In this document: in pieces, positions 1-8,141 of the stretch
How the letters are laid out: each line of letters starts with the position of its first letter
Numbering within the stretch: position 1 is the stretch's first letter
From: Candidatus Eiseniibacteriota bacterium
Lineage (GTDB): Bacteria; Eisenbacteria; RBG-16-71-46; DASYSL01
Direction of reading: 5' to 3'
Length of the DNA stretch: 23,781 bases
Assembly: GCA_031431875.1 (NCBI GenBank)
Contig: JANPEF010000081.1
Coordinates: forward strand, 1 to 23,781
The notes under the pieces: model-generated
The model's input: the letters and a program-made list of their open reading frames with translations, nothing else
Database searches by the model: none
Told to the model about the DNA's origin: nothing
Made by a program: the position numbers and the translations under genes

Positions 1-437
<437 letters not shown>

Positions 438-687
438 CACCGGCCTCACCCTTCGCGGGAACTGCAGCGACCTCATGCCTCGTGCACGGACGTCGGTGCG
501 CGGTTGATTCCCGAATCATCCGCACGCACTGCACAGACTACACGCCTGGGGGCCGGCTTGACTTCCCATTCGCGGGCTCAAGGTCGCAACGGCGGAAGTG
601 TTGACGTTCAGTCTTCGGATTTCTCGCGCTCCGATGGTTGCTCGCTGCGATCAGTGCGAGGCTGAAGCGCAATGTGATCTGACCCGG

Positions 688-3369
688 CTAGTCCTTGCCC
701 CGCGCGTGCGGCCAGTCGAGGACCACGGTGGTGGCGCCGAGGCGGGCAACCCCCTGGCGGGCGACCAGCAGGAAGCGCTGGCCGTCGCGGGTGACCACGT
801 AGCGATTGCGCGTGTTGGTCTCGGTGATCATGTCGTTCGCGTCGAACAGCTTCTCCGGCAAGGAGAACTTCGGCGCTTCCCCGGGCTCGACCTTCACGGC
901 ATACACCTGCCGCGCGGCTCCGATGTAGAAGAGTTCGCGGCCGTCGGCGCGCCATGCGGCTTCCCGGCCGCCGTCGGTCGAGATGCGCCACTTGCCCGAA
1001 GGACCCGAGAGCGTCTGGACGTAGACCTCTTCCTTCCCGGACTCCCAGGAGACATAGGCGAACAGCCGGCCGTCGGGCGAGGCCTTGGGGCCGTACTCGC
1101 TGAACTCCGTCGCGACGAGTGGCGCCAGTCGTGTCGAGTCGCCGAGGGAGAACCGCATGATGTCCCATCGGGGGGTCTGGGACGTGAACCTCGTGACGCC
1201 GAGCAGCGACCGACCGTCCGGGGTCCAACTGGTCGCCGACTTCTGCTCGGCCGAGTGATAGAACAGCGAATCCGCGCCCGAGCCGCCGACCGGCTTGACG
1301 AACAGGTCGGCGCCGGTCGTCTGGTCGAGGGTGAACATCAGGCTGTGGCCGTCGGGCATCCAGAGCGGGTTGTAGGCGTCGGTCTTCGCGAACGTGACGC
1401 GGGACCCGAGGTCGCGGGCGAGATCCCACACCCAGATGTCGCCCAGGCCGCGAGCGACGTCGATCACGGCGACCGCCAGTTGCGTCTCGTTGGGAGAGAG
1501 CGCGGGGGCGTCGTAGACGCCCGGGCCGCCCACGGTGCCGATCGCCTTCCCGCCGCGGTCCACCCACTTGAGCTGCATGCCCGCGGCGCTTCCGCCCGAG
1601 CGATACACCAGCGTGCCCTCCTCCGAGGCGGAGAAGCGCGCGGAACCGAGTCCGTCGAACTCCACGTTCTCGGCGATGGGGAACGGATCGCCGCGGAACT
1701 TGCGCGATCCCGCGTCGAACGGCTGCGCGATCAGCGTGCCCTGGCGGACGAACAGCAGGTGGCCGGCTGCGTACTCGACGCGCGAGGCGGCGGGGCCGAG
1801 CGTCTCGAGCTTGTTCGAATCGAGCGAGCCGATCTTGAGGATGCGCTTGTCGCCGGGTCCGTAGACCAGGAACAGGAAGTGCTTGCCGTCGGGAAGGAAC
1901 TGCGGCCACGCGCTGAAGGTCTCGCCCGCCTTCCGATCGAGCGGCGCCAGGCCGACCGGAATCCCGCCCGAAGCACTCACGCGTTGCACGGTGTCGGCGG
2001 CCGTGGCGTCGAACACGATCACGCCATCCTTGCCCCACGATCCATCGGCGCCCCGCGGCGAGTCGCAGATGGCGATCGGCGGTCCGCCGGCGACGTCGAT
2101 CTTGTAGAGCTTGCCGCCGGTGAAGAACGCGAGGTACTTGCTGTCCGGCGACCAGAATGGCCGCGTCGCGCCGTCGGTGCCCGGCAGGCGAACCGCCTGC
2201 AGCGAGTTCATCTGCCGCACCCAGATCCCCGTCGTGCCGGTCGAGTCGCCGGCGTTGAACGCGAGGCGCCGGCCGTCGGGCGAGATGCGGGGCAGGTCGA
2301 CGAAGCCCACCTGCGCCGGCGGAATGAGCTCGAAGATGACCGGCTTGGCCGCGGGCTTCGGGCGCAGCAGCATGCCCCCGAGCGCCGCCGCGATCACGGC
2401 CACGCCAAGCAGCAGCGACCAGGCCAGTCGTTCGCGGCTGCGACGGCGCGCCGCCAACGGCGCCGGCACCCCGGCCTGCGATCCGCCCTCGGCGATCCAC
2501 TCGAGCTGCAGCTTGACGTCGTGTGCGGTCTGGATCCGTTCCTCGGGATCCTTGGCCAGGCACCCTTGCACCACGCGATCGAGCGCGGGCGGAATCATCG
2601 GCGCGATCTGCGAGATCGGTTGCGGCTCCGACGACATGATCGAGGAGATCAGCGACGCCTGGCTCTTGCCGCCGAACGCGGGCCGGCCGGTCGCCATCTC
2701 GTGCAGCACGCAGCCCAGCGCCCAGATGTCGCTGCGCACGTCGGCCTCGTTGCCCTCGAGCTGCTCGGGCGAGAGGTACTGGAACGTGCCGATGATCGTG
2801 CCTTCGACCGTCAGCGGCTGCCCGATCGTCGGCGAGTGGCTGATCGTCGCCACCGAGACCCCGGAGCCGCGCCCGCCCCCGGCCGCGCCGCCCACGGCGT
2901 TGCGCGCCAGGCCGAAGTCCATGAGCTTGATTCCGCCGCGCGTGATCATCACGTTGCCGGGCTTGAGGTCGCGGTGGATCACGCCGGCGCGGTGCGCGCG
3001 ATCGAGAGCCTCGGCGATCTGGATCCCGTACTTGAGCATGTCGGCCACGGGCAGGGGACCGGTCGCGAGCTGCGCCGCGAGCGTCTGCCCCTCGATCAGC
3101 TCCATCACCAGGTAATCGGTATCGCCCTCGCGCCCGATGTCGTGCAGCGTGCAGATGTGCGGGTGGTTGAGCGAGGAGATGGTCTTCGCTTCGCGCTCGA
3201 AGCGCGCGCGAACCTCGGGGCTCGCGGTCAGCTCCTGCGGCAGGACCTTGACGGCGACCTCGCGGCCGAGGCGGGTGTCGCGGGCGCGGTATACTTCGCC
3301 CATTCCACCCGCACCGAGCGGGGAGACGATTTCGTACGGACCAAGGCGTGTTCCGGGAGTGAGCGGCAT
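688..3369 (-). CDS. Hanks-type Ser/Thr protein kinase with TM helix and C-terminal TolB/PD40-like beta-propeller
   Basis: Kinase motifs GAGGMG, VAVK, HRDLKPGN, DFG and GTFQYLSPE. Hydrophobic segment LAWSLLLGVAVIAAALGGMLL. Repeated (I/W)SPDG-type PD40 motifs. Confidence 0.95.
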   Translation of the reverse strand: MPLTPGTRLGPYEIVSPLGAGGMGEVYRARDTRLGREVAVKVLPQELTASPEVRARFEREAKTISSLNHPHICTLHDIGREGDTDYLVMELIEGQTLAAQLATGPLPVADMLKYGIQIAEALDRAHRAGVIHRDLKPGNVMITRGGIKLMDFGLARNAVGGAAGGGRGSGVSVATISHSPTIGQPLTVEGTIIGTFQYLSPEQLEGNEADVRSDIWALGCVLHEMATGRPAFGGKSQASLISSIMSSEPQPISQIAPMIPPALDRVVQGCLAKDPEERIQTAHDVKLQLEWIAEGGSQAGVPAPLAARRRSRERLAWSLLLGVAVIAAALGGMLLRPKPAAKPVIFELIPPAQVGFVDLPRISPDGRRLAFNAGDSTGTTGIWVRQMNSLQAVRLPGTDGATRPFWSPDSKYLAFFTGGKLYKIDVAGGPPIAICDSPRGADGSWGKDGVIVFDATAADTVQRVSASGGIPVGLAPLDRKAGETFSAWPQFLPDGKHFLFLVYGPGDKRILKIGSLDSNKLETLGPAASRVEYAAGHLLFVRQGTLIAQPFDAGSRKFRGDPFPIAENVEFDGLGSARFSASEEGTLVYRSGGSAAGMQLKWVDRGGKAIGTVGGPGVYDAPALSPNETQLAVAVIDVARGLGDIWVWDLARDLGSRVTFAKTDAYNPLWMPDGHSLMFTLDQTTGADLFVKPVGGSGADSLFYHSAEQKSATSWTPDGRSLLGVTRFTSQTPRWDIMRFSLGDSTRLAPLVATEFSEYGPKASPDGRLFAYVSWESGKEEVYVQTLSGPSGKWRISTDGGREAAWRADGRELFYIGAARQVYAVKVEPGEAPKFSLPEKLFDANDMITETNTRNRYVVTRDGQRFLLVARQGVARLGATTVVLDWPHARGKD

Positions 3370-3415
3370 CCGGGGAACTTACGCCATCGGGCCGGGAGGC
3401 GGAAGGGAGGTCCAC

Positions 3416-3862
3416 CTGAAAATCTACGTCGATGCGGATGCCTGTCCCGTGAAGGACGAGATCTATCGCGTGGCCGAGCGCTACGGGGTGGCCGTCACGC
3501 TCGTCGCGGCGTCGTGGATGCGGATCCCGCCCAGTCCCACGATCACGCTCGAGGTGGTCGCAGAGGGCTTCGATGCCGCCGACGACTGGATCGTGGCGCA
3601 CGTCCACGCGGGCGACCTCGTGATCACCGGGGACATTCCCCTGGCTGCGCGGTGCGTCGCGGCCGATGCCCTGGTGCTCGCGCCGACGGGCCGCGTCTTC
3701 GACGAGGACAACATCGGCGACATCCTCGCCACGCGAAATCTGCTCACCGATCTGCGCAGCGGCGGCGTCGAGACCGGCGGCCCGGCGTCGTTCGGGCCGC
3801 GCGATCGGTCGCAGTTCCTGCAGGCGATGGACCGCATGCTCCAGGGCGCGCGGCGGCGATAG
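3416..3862 (+). CDS. YaiI/YqxD (UPF0178/DUF188) family protein, probable CTG start
   Basis: KIYVDADACPVK...DAADDWI...DLVITGDIPLA...GGP family motifs. GGAGG at 3406-3410 is followed 5 nt later by an in-frame CTG. Confidence 0.9.
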   Translation: MKIYVDADACPVKDEIYRVAERYGVAVTLVAASWMRIPPSPTITLEVVAEGFDAADDWIVAHVHAGDLVITGDIPLAARCVAADALVLAPTGRVFDEDNIGDILATRNLLTDLRSGGVETGGPASFGPRDRSQFLQAMDRMLQGARRR

Positions 3863-3868
3863 CGCGCG

Positions 3869-4246
3869 TCAGTCCTGCGTCACGGTGTGCGTCCCGCCGG
3901 TCACCGCCCAGCGCACGTAGCCGCCCGGCTTGATGCTCACCGCGACGGGCGTGAACACCATGCCGCTCGCGGTGACCACGGCCGAGTCGGCCGCACCATT
4001 GACCACCGTCACGGTGCCGGTCATGCCCATGCTGCGATGGAACGTGCAGTGGTAGCTGACGGTGCTTGCGGTTGCGAACGTGTGCACGTAGTTGGCCGGC
4101 GCATTCATCGAGCCGGAGTCGAATCCCGTTGGGCCGGGGCCGGGCCCGTAGGGATCGTCGTCGTCCGAGCAGCCGGCGAGCGCGGCGGCGCCGAGGAGGG
4201 CGAGCGTCGCTGCGGCGAGAACCAGGGCGGAGCGGTTGCGCTTCAT
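3869..4246 (-). CDS. Cupredoxin (plastocyanin-like) lipoprotein, circularly permuted
   Basis: Lipobox LAGC (Cys26). YHC67TFH70RSMGM75TGTVTV copper-ligand loop. FTP...IKPG..VRW...H120TVT segment at the C-terminus. GGAGG RBS. Confidence 0.85.
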   Translation of the reverse strand: MKRNRSALVLAAATLALLGAAALAGCSDDDDPYGPGPGPTGFDSGSMNAPANYVHTFATASTVSYHCTFHRSMGMTGTVTVVNGAADSAVVTASGMVFTPVAVSIKPGGYVRWAVTGGTHTVTQD

Positions 4247-4332
4247 GTTCGAGCCTCCGAGTGCGGGCTGCGTGCGGGGGAGGGGCGCGTTCCATCAACC
4301 TTGCGCCTCGCCGGCCTGCGCCGCAAGACCCC

Positions 4333-4371
4333 GAACACGCGAACGCCCGCCCCCGTTGCCGGGAGCGGGCG
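4333..4371 (-). terminator. Probable intrinsic terminator after the CHRD gene
   Basis: Minus strand reads CGCCCGCUCCCG-GCAA-CGGGGGCGGGCG (12-bp stem, GNRA loop), followed by a weak U tract UUCGCGUGUUC. Confidence 0.6.
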
Positions 4372-4396
4372 GTGTCCTGCCGATCGGTGGAAACGG

Positions 4397-4831
4397 CTAT
4401 TTCAACTGTCCGCGCAACGCGCCGCCGGGATACGCGCTGGTGCGGATCTCCATGTAGAACGCGGACGGGTTACGTGAGATTTCGCGGCCCAGCTCCGTGC
4501 TCACGGGCACCCAGCCCATCAGCCCCGGGATGCCGATCGACGAAGGCGACAGGCGCAGCACCATGGGACCGCTGTAGCCGGTCGTGCCGCGGTAGATCGC
4601 GATCGTCTGGATCACGCCGGCGAGGTTGTCGACGTCGACCTGGAATGCGACCTCGGTGCGACGCACCGAGAGGCTGAAGGTGCCGCTTGCGGTGGCATCT
4701 CCCGGCCCGGGTACGACGGCGTTGGCGGTGAGCAGGTTGGGGCCCTTGCGGCCGCGCGCGGCGGCGGGTTCGGCGAACGATCCGACGAGTGCCAGGACGA
4801 GCGCGCAGAGAGACAGCGTGCGGAGCGACAT
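4397..4831 (-). CDS. Secreted CHRD-domain protein lacking the usual His residues
   Basis: Signal peptide ending AAA. VVPGPGD..ASG, I.RG..G.SGP.V and NP..FY..I.T.AYPGGALRGQL match the CHRD pattern. GGGAGG RBS before the ATG at 4831. Confidence 0.85.
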   Translation of the reverse strand: MSLRTLSLCALVLALVGSFAEPAAARGRKGPNLLTANAVVPGPGDATASGTFSLSVRRTEVAFQVDVDNLAGVIQTIAIYRGTTGYSGPMVLRLSPSSIGIPGLMGWVPVSTELGREISRNPSAFYMEIRTSAYPGGALRGQLK

Positions 4832-5061
4832 GAGAGGGACCTCCCGATACGCGTGCCGCGGTTCGAGGCGAACGCGGCGCGCGATTGCTGCGAACGACCA
4901 TCCCTGGGAGGAGTGAAGCGAGAAGCGAGCGATCGCAACCGTGTGATCGATGCCACAAGGATAGCGCGTGCCGTCGCAGGCTGCGCCAGGAATGTGCGGA
5001 TGTGCGCGAAGTGATTTGCCCGCTGGCCTCGCGAGGCATTGCAGGCTGCACGATCGGCGGC

Positions 5062-5520
5062 CTACTTCGAAGAGGCCGTGCCGAGCGACCAGCCCTGCTG
5101 GAGGGCCTGACCGAGCAGGATCGCGAACACACCGGCCACGACGACGGCCCCTCCGATGACGAGCGACACGGTCTTCCCCTTGTCCGTCTGCATCGCGTCC
5201 ATCGACTGGATGTCGGCGAGCGCGTACGACACGATCCGCGACTCCCCGGGATCGTAGTAGGACGCGCCCTCGCGGGGAATCCGTGCGACGCCGCGCAGGC
5301 TGTCGCCTTCCACGCGTACGAACGTGAGGTCGACGCGCTCCCCGCTCGTCAGCAGCAGCTTGACCCGGGCGTCGTCGGGCAGCCTGGGGACAGCCTCCGC
5401 GGGCGCGCCGCGCAGCGGCTGCATGCTGCTGCAACCCCCGCTCAGCGTGACGACGAGGAGAAGCGCGAGCGCGCGGCGGATCACGTCGAGCGGGCGGTGG
5501 GAGGGATGGGAACGGAACAT
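5062..5520 (-). CDS. Lipoprotein of unknown function with C-terminal TM helix (paralog 3 of 3)
   Basis: Lipobox-like LSGGC, DSLRG motif, C-terminal hydrophobic helix. GGAG lies upstream of the ATG at 5520. Confidence 0.8.
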   Translation of the reverse strand: MFRSHPSHRPLDVIRRALALLLVVTLSGGCSSMQPLRGAPAEAVPRLPDDARVKLLLTSGERVDLTFVRVEGDSLRGVARIPREGASYYDPGESRIVSYALADIQSMDAMQTDKGKTVSLVIGGAVVVAGVFAILLGQALQQGWSLGTASSK

Positions 5521-5549
5521 GACGTCTCTCCGGGTTCGGGTCCGTCCAG

Positions 5550-5975
5550 CTAGTTGAAGAGCGGGTCCATCGTCGCGACCGCCACGACGACGGCCGCGGC
5601 GGCGACGACGCCGACGACTCCGAGAACGAGCAGCGACGTGACCACCCCATCCTTCTGTCGCGACTCGATCTTCGCGACGTCGGCCCGCGCGACGGCGATC
5701 GGCCGGCCGTACTTCGCGCTGGGCTTGTCCAGCTTCGAGTTCCCCTTCGTCCCGTAGGCCCAGCCGCGCAGGCTGTCCGGCGTGACGTCGTGGAGCTCGA
5801 GTTCGATGCGCGTCCCGTCGAGTCGGTGGATCAGCACGTGTTCTGCGGGACCCGGCGCGGGAGCCGACGCGGCCAGCGGCTCGCGGAGCGGCTTCCAAGT
5901 GCTGCATCCCGGGAGCAGGAGGACCAGGCCGATGCTGACGGCCCTCCCGACGTGGTTGAACGGGTTGTGCTTCAT
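5550..5975 (-). CDS. Lipoprotein of unknown function with C-terminal TM helix (paralog 2 of 3)
   Basis: LLPGC-STWKPLR, DSLRGW, IAVARADVAKIESRQ and a C-terminal TM. ATGA overlap with the upstream stop. Confidence 0.8.
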   Translation of the reverse strand: MKHNPFNHVGRAVSIGLVLLLPGCSTWKPLREPLAASAPAPGPAEHVLIHRLDGTRIELELHDVTPDSLRGWAYGTKGNSKLDKPSAKYGRPIAVARADVAKIESRQKDGVVTSLLVLGVVGVVAAAAVVVAVATMDPLFN

Positions 5976-6400
5976 CGCATGCTGAACAGCGTGAAGTCCT
6001 GCATCGAGAGGTAGACGCACCCGGCCAGCAGCGCGGCCCCTGTCAGGACGCCGGCTGCCGTGAGGCGCGCGTCGAACTGTCGGGTCTCGATGGCGGTGAT
6101 GTCCGTGCGGGCGATCGCGATCGCGTCCCCGCGGCGGGGCGTGCCCTTCTCTGACCAGTGACGCTGCGTCTCGACGATGCGCCAGCCGCGCAGGCTGTCG
6201 GCGTCGATGCCGGAGACCAGGATCTCGAGCTTCGCCCCGTCGTGCAGCTTGACGAGCACCAGCTCCTCCGGGGCGGTCTCCGGGATCGCTGCGCCGACGG
6301 GTGGGCGAATCGGTTGCCAGGTGCTGCATCCCGCGAGGCTCCCTCCCAGAAGGAGGGTGGCGATCCCTTTGCGGGCGAGGAGTCGTGAGCGGCATCGCAT
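5972..6400 (-). CDS. Lipoprotein of unknown function with C-terminal TM helix (paralog 1 of 3)
   Basis: LAGC-STWQPIR, DSLRGW, IAIARTDITAIETRQ and a C-terminal TM. GGAG RBS. Confidence 0.82.
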   Translation of the reverse strand: MRCRSRLLARKGIATLLLGGSLAGCSTWQPIRPPVGAAIPETAPEELVLVKLHDGAKLEILVSGIDADSLRGWRIVETQRHWSEKGTPRRGDAIAIARTDITAIETRQFDARLTAAGVLTGAALLAGCVYLSMQDFTLFSMR

Positions 6401-6734
6401 ATCGGTTCTCCGGCACGAGTGGTTTCAGTTGCGCCGGGGAGCGACGTTCGTCCCGGGCGGATGCGTGTACTCAATCCACGATCCGTGCCAGTGGAGAAGG
6501 CGACCGCGTGGCCGCCGATGCGAGCGGGGGACGCCGCTTCAACCCGCAGCGCGCGTGCGTGTTGGCGCGCCGACGGTGCGGAGCGCGACGAACTCGGGGG
6601 TGGCGCCGGCTCGGGACGCTCGGTGTCGACGCGGGAACTTCGTCCGGCGGATCGGACGCCCGCGTCGGCGCGATCGGACGCTGCGGCCGCAATGTCGATG
6701 GCACCTCGGGGGGCGCGCACGCTAGAGTCGATCG

Positions 6735-7496
6735 ATGGCACTCCCCTCGACTCGACTCCGCTGGCTCGCGCTCGCCGCCCTTGCACTACCGCCCCCGGTG
6801 CACGCCGCGGCTCCCGCCGACACCACGACGTTTCCGTACCCGGGCGACGTCGCGCGCTCCACGCACGGAGCGTCGCTGCGCCTCATCCCGCTGGGCCGCG
6901 TGAAGCAGGCCGGCGTCAACGAGTACGACTACCGCGTGGTCGCGAGCGGCTTCCCGCGCGGCCGCGTCTATCGCCTGTGGTACGCGCGCCTGGGCAGTCC
7001 CGCCGAACTCCTGTGCGGCGCGCTGGTCGCCGACTCGACCGGTGCGCTCGTGCCGTCGGACTCGGCCGCCACGTTCGAGCGCACACTGTGCCCGCCGCTC
7101 GACTCGCTCGAGCTCGGCGCCAGCGACTACATTCCCGGCGAGCCGTATCGCGTCGGCGCGATCTCGACCGACGACAGCGTGCGCACGATCGCGACTGCGT
7201 TTCCGCACCCGATCGAGGGGCGCGACGGCCCGTATCGCCTGTTGCTCGAGATGAACTCGGACGATCGCCGCTCGTTCACGCTGTGGGGCGCGGGCTTCCC
7301 GCCGAATGCGAACCTGCGCACGCGCATCACCTCCGGCGGCGAGTCGCACGAGGGCCCGGCGTTCGCCGACGAGCACGGGGTGCTCCGCATCCAGCTCGGC
7401 GCTCCGGGCGGTCAGTCGGGTGGCACGGCCACCTACGAGGTGATGGGACCGGCAGGGCGGCCGAAGCTCACGTATCGGTGGGGGGCGGAGCCGTAG
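6735..7496 (+). CDS. Secreted hypothetical protein with two Ig-like GF.P...ADxxG repeats
   Basis: Signal peptide ending VHA/AAA. GC3-rich codon usage. Internal repeat ASGFP...LVADSTG and GAGFP...AFADEHG. Confidence 0.75.
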   Translation: MALPSTRLRWLALAALALPPPVHAAAPADTTTFPYPGDVARSTHGASLRLIPLGRVKQAGVNEYDYRVVASGFPRGRVYRLWYARLGSPAELLCGALVADSTGALVPSDSAATFERTLCPPLDSLELGASDYIPGEPYRVGAISTDDSVRTIATAFPHPIEGRDGPYRLLLEMNSDDRRSFTLWGAGFPPNANLRTRITSGGESHEGPAFADEHGVLRIQLGAPGGQSGGTATYEVMGPAGRPKLTYRWGAEP

Positions 7497-7540
7497 GCAA
7501 GGTCGTAGGCGGTGATGAACGCGAACCTCCAATTCGTCTA

Positions 7541-7610
7541 TAACCCATTGTTATTATATACGTTGAGAGACTTGACCAGCTTGACGATCCAGCGCCCGTT
7601 CGCCTAGTCT
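7541..7610 (+). promoter_or_regulatory. AT-rich IHF-like site and putative sigma70 promoter of the hicBA-like pair
   Basis: TAACCCATTGTTA (7541-7553) is the reverse complement of TAACAA-N4-TTA, one mismatch from WATCAANNNNTTR. TTGACG (7581)-18 nt-TAGTCT (7605). Confidence 0.45.
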
Positions 7611-7658
7611 TATCTCTGGGCCGGATCCCTGCTGGCCCGAGGGTGGGAGGCCATTCGA

Positions 7659-8141
7659 ATGAAGTACCCGCTGTTTTTCAGCTACACGGACCTGATCGAC
7701 GTCGCCGGCGTTCGTGTCGCAGTCGAGGCGCGTGGCCGCTGCTTGATGGCGCTCGAGCACGGCGAGTGGTGGATCGAAGGCGTCGAGCCTGGCGGCATTG
7801 CCGCCTCCGGCGAGATCCCGCAGCAAGCGTTCCTCAAGTTCCGGCACACGTGGTTTCAGGTGCTCGAGGACATCGCCCACGAGAAGTCCTCGGTCAGGGA
7901 GTTCGAGGACGAAGTTGCGCGGACGTTCGAACAACTGAACGAGGTGGCGGACCTGGAGTGGAAGGATGCGCGCGACCAGATTCGCCAGGGTTGCGCCGTC
8001 GAGGATCCGTTCGTCGCGATGAAGCGCGTCGAGGGCGACGTGAGTGCCTTCTACCGAGTACGCACTTATCCCGAGTTCGCGCTGAGCGCCTCGAAGATGG
8101 ATGAGATGATCATTCCGGCCACCCACGACAAGGCTGCCTAG
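7659..8141 (+). CDS. Putative HicB-like antitoxin (divergent)
   Basis: EHGEWWIEGVEPGGIAASGEIPQQAFLKF resembles the HicB core (EDGxY...PG...GET.EEA). The protein is acidic and has a GGGAGG RBS. Confidence 0.6.
   Translation: MKYPLFFSYTDLIDVAGVRVAVEARGRCLMALEHGEWWIEGVEPGGIAASGEIPQQAFLKFRHTWFQVLEDIAHEKSSVREFEDEVARTFEQLNEVADLEWKDARDQIRQGCAVEDPFVAMKRVEGDVSAFYRVRTYPEFALSASKMDEMIIPATHDKAA

Noticed and set aside
598..3933. 1111-aa + strand ORF and the 999-aa ORF at 608..3607
   Set aside because: Antisense and alternate-frame shadows of the kinase gene. High GC3 suppresses stop codons, and the products are Arg/Gly/Ala-rich with no motifs.
4832..5650. Upstream extension of the CHRD ORF (417 aa), and similar extensions of 5062..5907 and 5550..6416
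   Set aside because: These overlap real genes in other frames. The internal ATGs with RBS or coupling and signal peptides fit better.
6401..6722. Hairpins in the divergent intergenic region (e.g. GTCGACGCGGG/CCCGCGTCGGC) as a possible ncRNA
   Set aside because: Such pairing is expected at this GC content and I see no riboswitch or ncRNA signature. An Rfam search would be needed.
7533..7561. Possible dif (XerCD) site TTCGTCTATAA-CCCATTG-TTATTATATAC
   Set aside because: The spacer is 7 bp rather than 6 and the right arm matches TTATGTTAAAT poorly. It is kept only as an AT-rich IHF-like element.
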